From positions 282,980 through 346,979 of the forward strand of contig JBFWOS010000002.1 in assembly GCA_050250375.1 (NCBI GenBank): a stretch of 64,000 nucleotides of DNA, in the 5' to 3' direction. Positions 1 to 8,224 of the stretch are shown piece by piece; position 1 is the stretch's first letter, and each line of letters starts with the position of its first letter. Under the pieces are notes generated by a model that was given only the letters and a program-made list of their open reading frames with translations, was not told where the DNA came from and searched no databases. This stretch comes from Candidatus Omnitrophota bacterium. Lineage in GTDB: Bacteria > Omnitrophota > Gorgyraeia > Zapsychrales > Zapsychraceae. A program made the position numbers and the translations under genes.

Positions 1-53
1 AGATCATCTGTCTACGGAACAGAAGGTTAGAGGTTCAAATCCTCTCGGGCGCG
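1..53 (+). tRNA. tRNA-Arg(ACG), 3' portion. The window starts inside the gene; no CCA is encoded.
   Basis: Anticodon arm tctgt/ctACGga/acaga with anticodon ACG. 5-nt variable loop aggtt. T-arm agagg/ttcaaat/cctct. 7-nt acceptor 3' strand cgggcgc plus discriminator g. The architecture parallels canonical tRNA-Arg(ACG). Confidence 0.65.
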
Positions 54-90
54 GTTTCTTCTTTTAACGGTTAATTGGCCTTTAAGACTC

Positions 91-1257
91 ATGACTCCCA
101 AACCAGTCCACTCATCCAAGACTTCTTCCCAGCCTATTAAAATTAACGGCGCTATTGAAGGTTTTTACCAGCAGCTGATCGAACAGGCCGCCGACGGAAT
201 ATTTACCGTGAGCCTTAAAGGGGAGATCCTGTATGCCAACAAGGCCGCCTGCGACATCGTCAAACTGCCGCCGCGAAAAATCATCGGCAATCATTTCATG
301 CTGTTTCTCGACAGACGCTCACGTCCGAAGTCCAAGGAATATATCCTGCAGGTGAAAAAAGGGGTAACTCCGATGCGGGATGAATTGGTGATCAAAGACA
401 GCAAAGGGAAAAAGAAGCCGATTGAATTCACCGCGTCGCCCATATATCAGGGAAAGGAAGTCGTCCAGATTCACATCTCCATCCGGGATATATCCCGCCG
501 GAAGAATCTGGAGGAATACGCCCGCGAATCGGTCAAGTCCGGGGCGATCCAGAATTTCATTTCCGGGACCACCCACGAAATCCAGTCACCTCTCAAAGGT
601 CTGCTGAGCCAGACCCAGAGCCTGATCGACAAATACAAAGACCGTGATTTTGAGTATATCGGTTTTAAGGAATTCACCGAAATTTTTGAAACCCTCGTGC
701 ACATGCGGGACAAGGCGCAGTACTGCTGCGACACGACCGACCGCCTGATCAACATGAGCCGGGGCCGCGCGGAGCACGGCCAGAAATCGAGCGATGTGAA
801 TAAAGTGGTCAGGGATTCGGTCCAGAGCCTGAAAGACAGCCTCGTCAAGTCCGGGGTCAATGTCCGTTTGCATCTTTCTTCCCATCTGCCGCCGGCCGCC
901 ATCGGCGAGGTGGAGCTGGGGCAGGTGATCGTCAAGATCATCACCAATTCCATCCAGTCCCTGACACGCGACGGCCATATAGATTTCAAGACCGCTTTTT
1001 CGAAGAAGGAAAACAAGATCCGGATTGACTGCGTTGATGACGGCATCGGTATCCCCAAGGAAAATCTGCCCAAGGTCTTTGACCCGTTCTTTACCACCCG
1101 GGAAAAAGGGGAACAGCAGAGCGCGGGGCTTGGGCTGGCCATCGCCCATTCCATTATGAAATCCTGCCAGGGCAATATTGTGATCAGCAGCCACCAGAAC
1201 CAGGGAACACGGGTGAAATTGGTCCTGCCGGTTTTCAAGAAAACAGCTAAAAAATGA
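91..1257 (+). CDS. sensor histidine kinase (PAS-like N-terminal region, HisKA, HATPase_c)
   Basis: H-box THEIQSPLKGLL. N-box and G-boxes DDGIGIP...GLGLAIAHSIM. 388 aa. No cognate response regulator is adjacent. Confidence 0.85.
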   Translation: MTPKPVHSSKTSSQPIKINGAIEGFYQQLIEQAADGIFTVSLKGEILYANKAACDIVKLPPRKIIGNHFMLFLDRRSRPKSKEYILQVKKGVTPMRDELVIKDSKGKKKPIEFTASPIYQGKEVVQIHISIRDISRRKNLEEYARESVKSGAIQNFISGTTHEIQSPLKGLLSQTQSLIDKYKDRDFEYIGFKEFTEIFETLVHMRDKAQYCCDTTDRLINMSRGRAEHGQKSSDVNKVVRDSVQSLKDSLVKSGVNVRLHLSSHLPPAAIGEVELGQVIVKIITNSIQSLTRDGHIDFKTAFSKKENKIRIDCVDDGIGIPKENLPKVFDPFFTTREKGEQQSAGLGLAIAHSIMKSCQGNIVISSHQNQGTRVKLVLPVFKKTAKK

Positions 1258-1730
1258 GTGTCCCTGAATTATTAACGGATGAGAATTACATGCGCCAGGC
1301 CATCGGCCAGGCAAAGCAGGCGTATGAACGGGATGAGGTGCCGGTGGGCGCCGTAATCGTCTTCGAAAACCAGATCATCGCCAAGGCGTATAACCAGGTG
1401 GAGACGCTGAAAGACCCGACCGCGCACGCGGAAATGATCGCCGTGACCCAGGCGGTCAACACACTCAAAACGAAATGGCTCAACAAATGCACGATGTACG
1501 TAACGCTGGAACCCTGCGCCATGTGCGCCGGGGCGCTTGTTCTTTCCAGGATCAGCACGCTGGTGATTGCCGCCGAAGACCCCAAGACCGGCGCGTGCGG
1601 ATCGGTGATGGATATTGTCCGGCATAATGATTTGAATCACCGCATCGAAGTCCGTCCCGGGATCCTCCGGGAAGAAAGCTCCGCGCTCCTCAAAGATTTT
1701 TTCCGAAAAAAACGCCACACGCTGAATTGA
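1254..1730 (+). CDS. tadA: tRNA-specific adenosine deaminase TadA
   Basis: CMP/dCMP deaminase zinc motifs HAEMIAV and PCAMCAGAL. 158 aa. The start overlaps the kinase stop. Confidence 0.85.
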   Translation: MSVPELLTDENYMRQAIGQAKQAYERDEVPVGAVIVFENQIIAKAYNQVETLKDPTAHAEMIAVTQAVNTLKTKWLNKCTMYVTLEPCAMCAGALVLSRISTLVIAAEDPKTGACGSVMDIVRHNDLNHRIEVRPGILREESSALLKDFFRKKRHTLN

Positions 1731-1777
1731 AAAAGGGGACACCGTTTTCCAATATAAAAACGGCGTCACCTTTTTCT

Positions 1778-1797
1778 CAAAACACCACGCGCGTGGT
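1778..1797. promoter_or_regulatory. 20-mer CAAAACACCACGCGCGTGGT containing a 16-bp perfect palindrome (CACCACGCGCGTGGTG). A second identical copy lies at 55154..55173.
   Basis: Exact 20-nt identity between two intergenic sites 53 kb apart. Both lie between a gene end and the start of the next transcription unit. Could be an operator or a hairpin terminator. Confidence 0.45.
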
Positions 1798-1863
1798 GAA
1801 ACGGGCGGCGGGATTATCGACATTCATCTTGCCGATTGTCCCGGTGCCGTGTAAAATAGGGGC

Positions 1864-2271
1864 ATGAAAATTTTTTACGGCATCCTGGTCTGTCTGACCC
1901 TCGCTGTTCCGGCCCGCGCCGCGGACATTTACAGGGTTGAAAAAGTCATCAATGGCCATACATTGTTGTTGTCCAACCACAAGACGGTCCGGTTGATCGG
2001 GATTGAAGCGTCATCTGACGCGGCCACGGAATTTGTCCGGCAAATGGTGGAAGGCAAAGGGGTAAAGCTCGAGTTTGACAAGACCAGGGAAGATGCCGAC
2101 GGGATATGGCTGGCGTACGTCCTTATGATCGAGACGTTCCTCAACGCGACTTTGGTTCATGCCGGGTATGCTGTCCCTGTATCAATGCCGCCGAATACGG
2201 TTCATGATGAACTGTTCAACAGTCTGTATGAAGACGCCGTGAAAAATCATCGAGGCTTATGGAAAAATTGA
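1864..2271 (+). CDS. secreted SNase-like (thermonuclease family) protein, possibly catalytically degenerate
   Basis: Signal peptide MKIFYGILVCLTLAVPARA. Staphylococcal-nuclease-like layout (VINGHTLLL...VRLIGIEA...GLW). The canonical Ca-binding DGDT motif reads NGHT. Confidence 0.5.
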   Translation: MKIFYGILVCLTLAVPARAADIYRVEKVINGHTLLLSNHKTVRLIGIEASSDAATEFVRQMVEGKGVKLEFDKTREDADGIWLAYVLMIETFLNATLVHAGYAVPVSMPPNTVHDELFNSLYEDAVKNHRGLWKN

Positions 2272-3935
2272 AAATGGATAAAGAATCCTGGTCCGTGCGG
2301 ATCAGGGGATGGAAGGAAACGCTGGGCCAGCCGTTCGACCCGGTGAACCTCGGATGTTTCCGGATTTGTTTCGGCCTGCTGATGGTCCTGTACATCTATT
2401 TATACCGGACACCCGCCATCGTCAAGACCATTTACCTGACAGCGGATTTTCACTTTACCTATTCTTTATTTGACTGGCTGGGACTGCCGTTTCCCACCGC
2501 CGCGATCATGTCCGTTCTTACGAAAGTGATTGCCGTTTCCGCCCTGTTTATCGCGCTGGGACTGCTGACCCGGGTCTCAGCCGGAGTGTTTTTTTTAACA
2601 TTCGGTTACATGTTTCTCATCGAGAAGACGCATTATAATAACCACTATTATCTGATTTTGCTTTTTTCGTTCTTTTTTATCATCACCGGAAGCAACCGGT
2701 TTTTTTCCCTGGACCGGCTGATATTCGGAAAAAACAGAAGGGACTATCTGCCGTACTGGCATTTGTTCCTGTTCCAGATCCAGATAGCCCTGGTTTATTT
2801 TTTCGGCGGCCTGGCCAAACTAAACACGGACTGGATCAGCGGCCGGGTGACCCAGAACATATTCGATGGCGCCAGCGACGGGTTCTTCTTTGTAACGGCC
2901 ACGGCCGGCCTGGTGATTGACTTTTGTGTGGCGTTCATGCTGATCTACAAGCCGTTAAGGAAGACGGGGATTCTTCTGTCGATCCTGTTCCATGTGTTTG
3001 TTAAATATTACCTGAACGTCGGTGTTTTTCCTTTTTTGATGATCGCCTGCGCGCTGTTGTATCTGGAACCCGGGGCCATCCGGAATTTTCTCGGACTGTT
3101 CCGGGAAGAAAAAGACCGGACCGTTTATGAATTGCCGGGAGAGGCCCGGAGGGATCCGGTTGCGCGGCCCGTGTGGATATTTATCTGTGTTTATATCGGG
3201 ATTCAGGTTTTAGTGCCCCTGCGGTCTATGCTGTACCCGGGACATGTCCAATGGAACCTTAAAGGCGACCGGTTTGCCTGGAGGATGTTTTCCCAGGATA
3301 ATCTGGGCCACATTGATTTTTTCGTGACGGACGTGATTACCGGCGACACGGTGGAAGTCCCGCGTCTTAAGGGGATCACGATTGACGCCTACAGCCAGAT
3401 GGCGTTTCATCCGGATATGATTCTGCAGTACGCCCGCTACCTGCACGATTTATATCAGAGGAAAGGGGTCTATGACCCGATCATCACGGCGAATTCCTTT
3501 GTTTCGTTAAACGGCCGGCCGTTTTCACTGTTTATTCATTCCGATCTTAATCTGGCGCATCCGGATATCCATCCGGACACCAAAGATCTAACCGGTCCTG
3601 CGCCGTTTAAAAAGCAGGATACCCTGATCGATCCGAAAAATGTGGGGCGGTTTTTTTCACCGGCTTATCAAATGGCGGTCATTGATGAAGAAACCTTGAT
3701 CCCCGGGGACCATCCGACGGTAATCCTTATGCAGGGGTTGATCGACCGGCTGATCAGGAACCCGGTCATCAGTCCTTACCAGATCTCGAATTTGGTGGTG
3801 GATCTGAAACAGATTTTATACACGGAATACGGGCACCACTTTACAGCCAAACAAATCCTGGAAAGAATATTTGAAAAGACCGGCCCGTTAGATACCGTTC
3901 CTTCCATTAATCAACTCCTCAAATATTTTATTTGA
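2259..3935 (+). CDS. HTTM-domain (vitamin K-dependent gamma-carboxylase-like) integral membrane protein
   Basis: N-terminal LGCFRICFGLLMVLYIYL pattern typical of HTTM domains. More than 8 predicted TM helices, followed by a ~250 aa soluble C-terminal domain. Confidence 0.5.
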   Translation: MEKLKMDKESWSVRIRGWKETLGQPFDPVNLGCFRICFGLLMVLYIYLYRTPAIVKTIYLTADFHFTYSLFDWLGLPFPTAAIMSVLTKVIAVSALFIALGLLTRVSAGVFFLTFGYMFLIEKTHYNNHYYLILLFSFFFIITGSNRFFSLDRLIFGKNRRDYLPYWHLFLFQIQIALVYFFGGLAKLNTDWISGRVTQNIFDGASDGFFFVTATAGLVIDFCVAFMLIYKPLRKTGILLSILFHVFVKYYLNVGVFPFLMIACALLYLEPGAIRNFLGLFREEKDRTVYELPGEARRDPVARPVWIFICVYIGIQVLVPLRSMLYPGHVQWNLKGDRFAWRMFSQDNLGHIDFFVTDVITGDTVEVPRLKGITIDAYSQMAFHPDMILQYARYLHDLYQRKGVYDPIITANSFVSLNGRPFSLFIHSDLNLAHPDIHPDTKDLTGPAPFKKQDTLIDPKNVGRFFSPAYQMAVIDEETLIPGDHPTVILMQGLIDRLIRNPVISPYQISNLVVDLKQILYTEYGHHFTAKQILERIFEKTGPLDTVPSINQLLKYFI

Positions 3936-3942
3936 TCAGCTC

Positions 3943-5361
3943 ATGAACATTTCAGAGAAAATAAAAAAACGAGCTTTAATCCTTATTTTTATTTTATCCG
4001 GTGTGGCGGTCTTATTTATGCCGGCCGCCGGCGCGCAGGAGTTTAAACCCCTGCCCGCGATCCTTCCGGAAGACCGTGTCCTGATCATCGCCCCGCATCC
4101 GGATGATGAGACCATCGCCGCCGCCGGGGTGATCCAGAATGCCGTGAAGAATAAATCCCAACTCAGGATTGTCTGGATGACCAACGGCGACAGCAATGAA
4201 TATGCTTTTTTGCTTTATAACAAACAGCCTGTCCTGAAACGAGAGGCCGTGATCAAGATGGGCAAACTCAGACGGAAAGAAGCGATTGAGGCCATGCGTG
4301 TTCTGGGGGTGAGGGAGGACCGGCTGACGTTTCTGGGATATCCGGATTACGGGACGATGACGATCTTTAAGGAATACTGGGGAGAATCAGGCCCCCTTAA
4401 GAGTGTGCTGACCCGGGTCAGAAACGTGCCTTATTCGGACAGCCCGTCCTACCGGAAATCTTATGTCGGGGACAATATTCTCGAGGATTTGACCAACCTT
4501 CTCAGAAATTTTAAGCCCACCAAGATATTTGTGACGCTGTCATCTGATTTTAACGTCGACCACCAGGCGGCCTTTCTTTTCCTGCAGGTAGCGGCCTGGG
4601 CAACACAGCCGGATATCGGCACCCCTGAGATTTATTCTTATTTGATCCATTCCCCGCGCTGGCCGTCGCCCAAAGGGTATAATCCGGAACTGTCCCTTGA
4701 ACCGCCGTCGAGTTTTAAATCGGCCAATCTGCAGTGGTACAGTCTGGACCTGAAGCAGGAACAGATCGAGCTGAAAAGGCAGGCCGTCCTGAAATATGAA
4801 TCTCAAATGTATAACCCCGGTTATCTCCTGGCGTTTGCCCGGAAAAATGAGATGTTCGCCCAGTACCCGGTCATCAAGTTGAATGACAGCCTCGGCAATG
4901 TGATTGATTGGGAATCGATCGGAAAAGAGGCGCGCCTGGAATCCCGCATCTTTGATGAAGATTATACCGGCGGGAAAACCATTGACGGCGTACTGTACGC
5001 GAAAACGAAACAGTCCCTGCATGTCAAAATAAAATCTCCGACCTACAAAAGCCGTTTGTTCGGGGTGAATCTTTTTTTGTACGGTTACAGGAAGGACCGG
5101 AGTTTCAGTGAAATGCCCAAGCTGAGATTTCATTTCCTGCGCCCGAATAAAATCGTCATTTATGATAAACGCCATCCGGTCATGATGGAGGAAGTCCGCT
5201 ATGAATACAAGGGGCAGGAGATCGAATTCAGCATCCCGCTGGAGCTGCTGGATCATCCGGATTTTATCATGACCAGTGTTTCTTCATGGCTGCGGGGGAT
5301 TCCCCAGGAAACAACGGCCTGGCGCATCCTGGAATTACCGGACGCGCGGGAGGGACACTAA
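3943..5361 (+). CDS. secreted PIG-L/LmbE family N-acetylglucosaminyl deacetylase with a C-terminal extension
   Basis: Signal peptide. PIG-L signature LIIAPHPDDETIAAAG. 472 aa. Confidence 0.7.
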   Translation: MNISEKIKKRALILIFILSGVAVLFMPAAGAQEFKPLPAILPEDRVLIIAPHPDDETIAAAGVIQNAVKNKSQLRIVWMTNGDSNEYAFLLYNKQPVLKREAVIKMGKLRRKEAIEAMRVLGVREDRLTFLGYPDYGTMTIFKEYWGESGPLKSVLTRVRNVPYSDSPSYRKSYVGDNILEDLTNLLRNFKPTKIFVTLSSDFNVDHQAAFLFLQVAAWATQPDIGTPEIYSYLIHSPRWPSPKGYNPELSLEPPSSFKSANLQWYSLDLKQEQIELKRQAVLKYESQMYNPGYLLAFARKNEMFAQYPVIKLNDSLGNVIDWESIGKEARLESRIFDEDYTGGKTIDGVLYAKTKQSLHVKIKSPTYKSRLFGVNLFLYGYRKDRSFSEMPKLRFHFLRPNKIVIYDKRHPVMMEEVRYEYKGQEIEFSIPLELLDHPDFIMTSVSSWLRGIPQETTAWRILELPDAREGH

Positions 5362-6014
5362 TGGACGTCAGCATCCGGGCTTATGACGAGAAAGACCGGG
5401 ACGGGGTGCGCCGGATCGCCTGCGCGACGGCCTTTCTGGGAGAACCCTGCCAAAAGGTTGTATCAAACGCCGAAGTGGTTGCCGACGCGTTAAGCCTTTA
5501 TTACACGCGTTACGAACCGGAGTCGTGTCTGGTCGCGGAATCCGGCGGAAAAGTCGTCGGATACCTGATCGGGACGAAAGATTCCCGGCGGATGAGCAGA
5601 TTTAACGGGAAAATCGCGGCCGTCATTACCGGAAAAGTCATCCGTTACGGCCTGCTGTTTGACCGGAAAAATATCCAGTTTATCTGGTTTAATTTTCTCA
5701 GTATTCTGAAAGGGGAATTCCGCAAGCCGGACCACTCTAAAGAATATCCCGCGGTGATCCATATTAATGTTGATCATCCTTACCGCTCACAGGGGATCGG
5801 CGGACGTTTGATGGCGGCGTTTCTGGATGAACTGCGGGCCAAAAAGATCCCGGGTGTCCGGATATCGACCAACACGGAAACCGGCAAACAATTTTTTCTA
5901 AAACAGGGATTCCATTTTCTATACAGCCAGGAGCAGACCCAGCTCCGGTACTTAACCAAACAGAACTTCACCAATTTTGTTTACGGGTTGAAACTGGGCG
6001 GTACGAACAAATAG
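5361..6014 (+). CDS. GNAT family N-acetyltransferase
   Basis: ATG at 5361 in a TAATG stop/start overlap. GNAT motif A RSQGIGGRLMAAFLDELR. The ORF-track start at 5286 is probably an upstream extension. Confidence 0.65.
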   Translation: MDVSIRAYDEKDRDGVRRIACATAFLGEPCQKVVSNAEVVADALSLYYTRYEPESCLVAESGGKVVGYLIGTKDSRRMSRFNGKIAAVITGKVIRYGLLFDRKNIQFIWFNFLSILKGEFRKPDHSKEYPAVIHINVDHPYRSQGIGGRLMAAFLDELRAKKIPGVRISTNTETGKQFFLKQGFHFLYSQEQTQLRYLTKQNFTNFVYGLKLGGTNK

Positions 6015-6322
6015 AATATTTCCGGATATCCATGTATCAACCGTAATAAATTTGCTTTATATGCTTGTACAGGTTACACTTACTGATCAGTTTCAAAATT
6101 TATTAAGCTATACAATTTTTGAAAAAGTGATAATATATGGCAGGTTATTGGCGCATAGAAATAAAGAACGGGTGAGAAGCGTTTATAAAAATGTTGGTAA
6201 AACATAAATTATTTATTGATAGATGTTTATGATAATTAATTTTAACCTTTTTGTCTTTTCTTCTGTGGTAAGCCTTCAAGGTCCCCTCTTTGCCCCTGTT
6301 AACCAAGATTAAATCAACATAA
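6015..6322 (+). promoter_or_regulatory. AT-rich 308-bp leader/promoter region upstream of the EPS locus
   Basis: Sharp GC drop. TATAAT-like hexamers. The only large non-coding gap before 17 co-directional EPS genes. Confidence 0.3.
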
Positions 6323-7564
6323 ATGAGGTTATCTATGAATGTCCGTATCGCTGTTTGGAGTATATTAATTAGTAGTTTGATGTCAGTTTTAAGCGTGACA
6401 GACGTCTTTGCCCAGACATTTTATAGGGAAGAGAATATTCGCAGGGTCCTTCAAGGCTATCAGGATCTCAAAGGCATTCGTATTGGCCAGGCGGCCAGCT
6501 TAAAGGCCACTATTTCACAGGAAGGACTGTATGACGACAATATCTTTTTATCCGCAGAAGACAAGAAGCATGATTTTATCAGCATTACCAGTCCTCAATT
6601 TCTTCTGGATGTGCCGGTAGGAAAGGATGCCCGCCATCATCTGCAAGTGTTATATAAGGCGGATGCCGCGGCTTATTCAAATTATAAAAATCAGAATTAT
6701 GTTAACCAGGGCGTAGTGGCGTTGGCGGACATGTCCCTGCCATTCGGATATCTCAATGTGCAAAATGCTTTTCGGGATACGGTCGACAGGGCCTCAACCG
6801 AGTTTACAAATCAGGTGCGACGAAATGAAAATCTGTCCCGGATTATCTTTGGTGTCAAAAAGAACAAATTCACCTATGAAACCGGGTATATCCATTTTAT
6901 ATCCGATTATCGGGATAATGATCTCGAGGTTTTGAACCATCAGGAAGATATTTTTACGGGGACGGTCTATTACCAGATTTTCCCAAAGGCCAGAGCGCTT
7001 CTTGAATATAATCATGGTCTCATCAATTATTCCAACGACGAGACTCGTGACGGAGATTATGACCAGTTCCGTACCGGCGTTAAATTTGACCTCACTGGAA
7101 AGACCGACGGCATCGTCAAAGTGGGTTACCAGCAACGGGAGTATGATTCCGCGGGACGAAGCGGTTTTAACGGATTTGTCACCGAAGCCGGGATCAACAC
7201 TGTATTCTCCGAGCGCACATCGTTATCACTTAATTATGACAGCACAGCCGTGGAATCGATTGATTCGACGAATAATTATTACAATATGAATTTAATTGAA
7301 GCCAATTTGACCCAGAATCTCAGAGGTAATTTTGATCTGGTGCTGACGTCCCGGTTTGAACGGCGTGATTACCCCGAAGCAGATCCAACGGCCAATGTTA
7401 AACGCCGTGACACCGTTCTGACCGAGGGAATTACACTTAAGTACAAGATCAATAAATTAGGGGAGATAAATCTGGGCTATCGATATACGAATGACAAGTC
7501 CAATATCGACAGCAATGAATACAAGGATAATTTAATCTCCCTGCGGTTTGATTTATTAATTTAA
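6323..7564 (+). CDS. outer-membrane beta-barrel protein, putative EPS-associated porin
   Basis: Signal peptide. Alternating amphipathic strands. C-terminal aromatic residue (…LRFDLLI). First gene of the EPS locus. Confidence 0.45.
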   Translation: MRLSMNVRIAVWSILISSLMSVLSVTDVFAQTFYREENIRRVLQGYQDLKGIRIGQAASLKATISQEGLYDDNIFLSAEDKKHDFISITSPQFLLDVPVGKDARHHLQVLYKADAAAYSNYKNQNYVNQGVVALADMSLPFGYLNVQNAFRDTVDRASTEFTNQVRRNENLSRIIFGVKKNKFTYETGYIHFISDYRDNDLEVLNHQEDIFTGTVYYQIFPKARALLEYNHGLINYSNDETRDGDYDQFRTGVKFDLTGKTDGIVKVGYQQREYDSAGRSGFNGFVTEAGINTVFSERTSLSLNYDSTAVESIDSTNNYYNMNLIEANLTQNLRGNFDLVLTSRFERRDYPEADPTANVKRRDTVLTEGITLKYKINKLGEINLGYRYTNDKSNIDSNEYKDNLISLRFDLLI

Positions 7565-7584
7565 GATAAGAGGTTTTAAAAAAT

Positions 7585-8214
7585 ATGAAAAAATGGATAC
7601 CGGTAGTATTAATTTCAGTGTTTTTGATGACATGGTCCGCAGACGGATTTGCGGCTTCCCCGGCAACACAGCCGACGAGTGAAGTTTTGGAAAAGAAATC
7701 TGCGGAAACGTCCGAATATCTGATCGGGTCCGAAAATGTCCTTCTGATTGATGTCTATTACGGCAAAGGGGAAAAAATATCCCAGAGAGTGCGGGTCTCA
7801 TCTCGTGGATTTATCACATTCCCATTGGTCGGGGAAATCGAAATTGGAGGCCTGACGGTGTCAGGTCTACAGGAAAAATTGACGGATATTCTTGGCAAAG
7901 ATTACCTGGTTAATCCCCAGGTTACGATTTTTATTGAAGAGTACAGTACCGTTTCGATCATGGGCGAGGTCAAAAAACCCGGGGTTTACCCGATCAAAGG
8001 GCGGCTTTCGGTCATAGAATTAATTTCACTGGCCGAAGGGTTTACATCCATCGCGGCGCCTAATAAGGTTAAAGTGATCCGTACCAACTCCAACGGAATC
8101 AGGGAAGAGTTGCAGGTTCGTATTAACGATATTATTAACAAAGAAAGCGGAGATAAGGATAACGTAGTCTTACGCGCGGGGGATATGGTTATTGTCCCGG
8201 AAAGTATGTTTTAG
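7585..8214 (+). CDS. polysaccharide export protein, Wza-like (Poly_export + SLBB)
   Basis: Signal peptide. Poly_export/SLBB-like region (PLVGEIEIGGLTVSGLQEKL, GEVKKPGVYPI). Confidence 0.8.
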   Translation: MKKWIPVVLISVFLMTWSADGFAASPATQPTSEVLEKKSAETSEYLIGSENVLLIDVYYGKGEKISQRVRVSSRGFITFPLVGEIEIGGLTVSGLQEKLTDILGKDYLVNPQVTIFIEEYSTVSIMGEVKKPGVYPIKGRLSVIELISLAEGFTSIAAPNKVKVIRTNSNGIREELQVRINDIINKESGDKDNVVLRAGDMVIVPESMF

Positions 8215-8224
8215 GGAGTTTCAT

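Noticed and set aside
471-1314. Long antisense ORFs (471..1238 -, 586..1314 -) inside the histidine kinase gene, and similar antisense ORFs in dnaX, tex, hemC-fusion and wzc
   Set aside because: The sense-strand proteins carry strong conserved motifs. The antisense ORFs have no motifs and are the usual consequence of GC-rich codon position 3.
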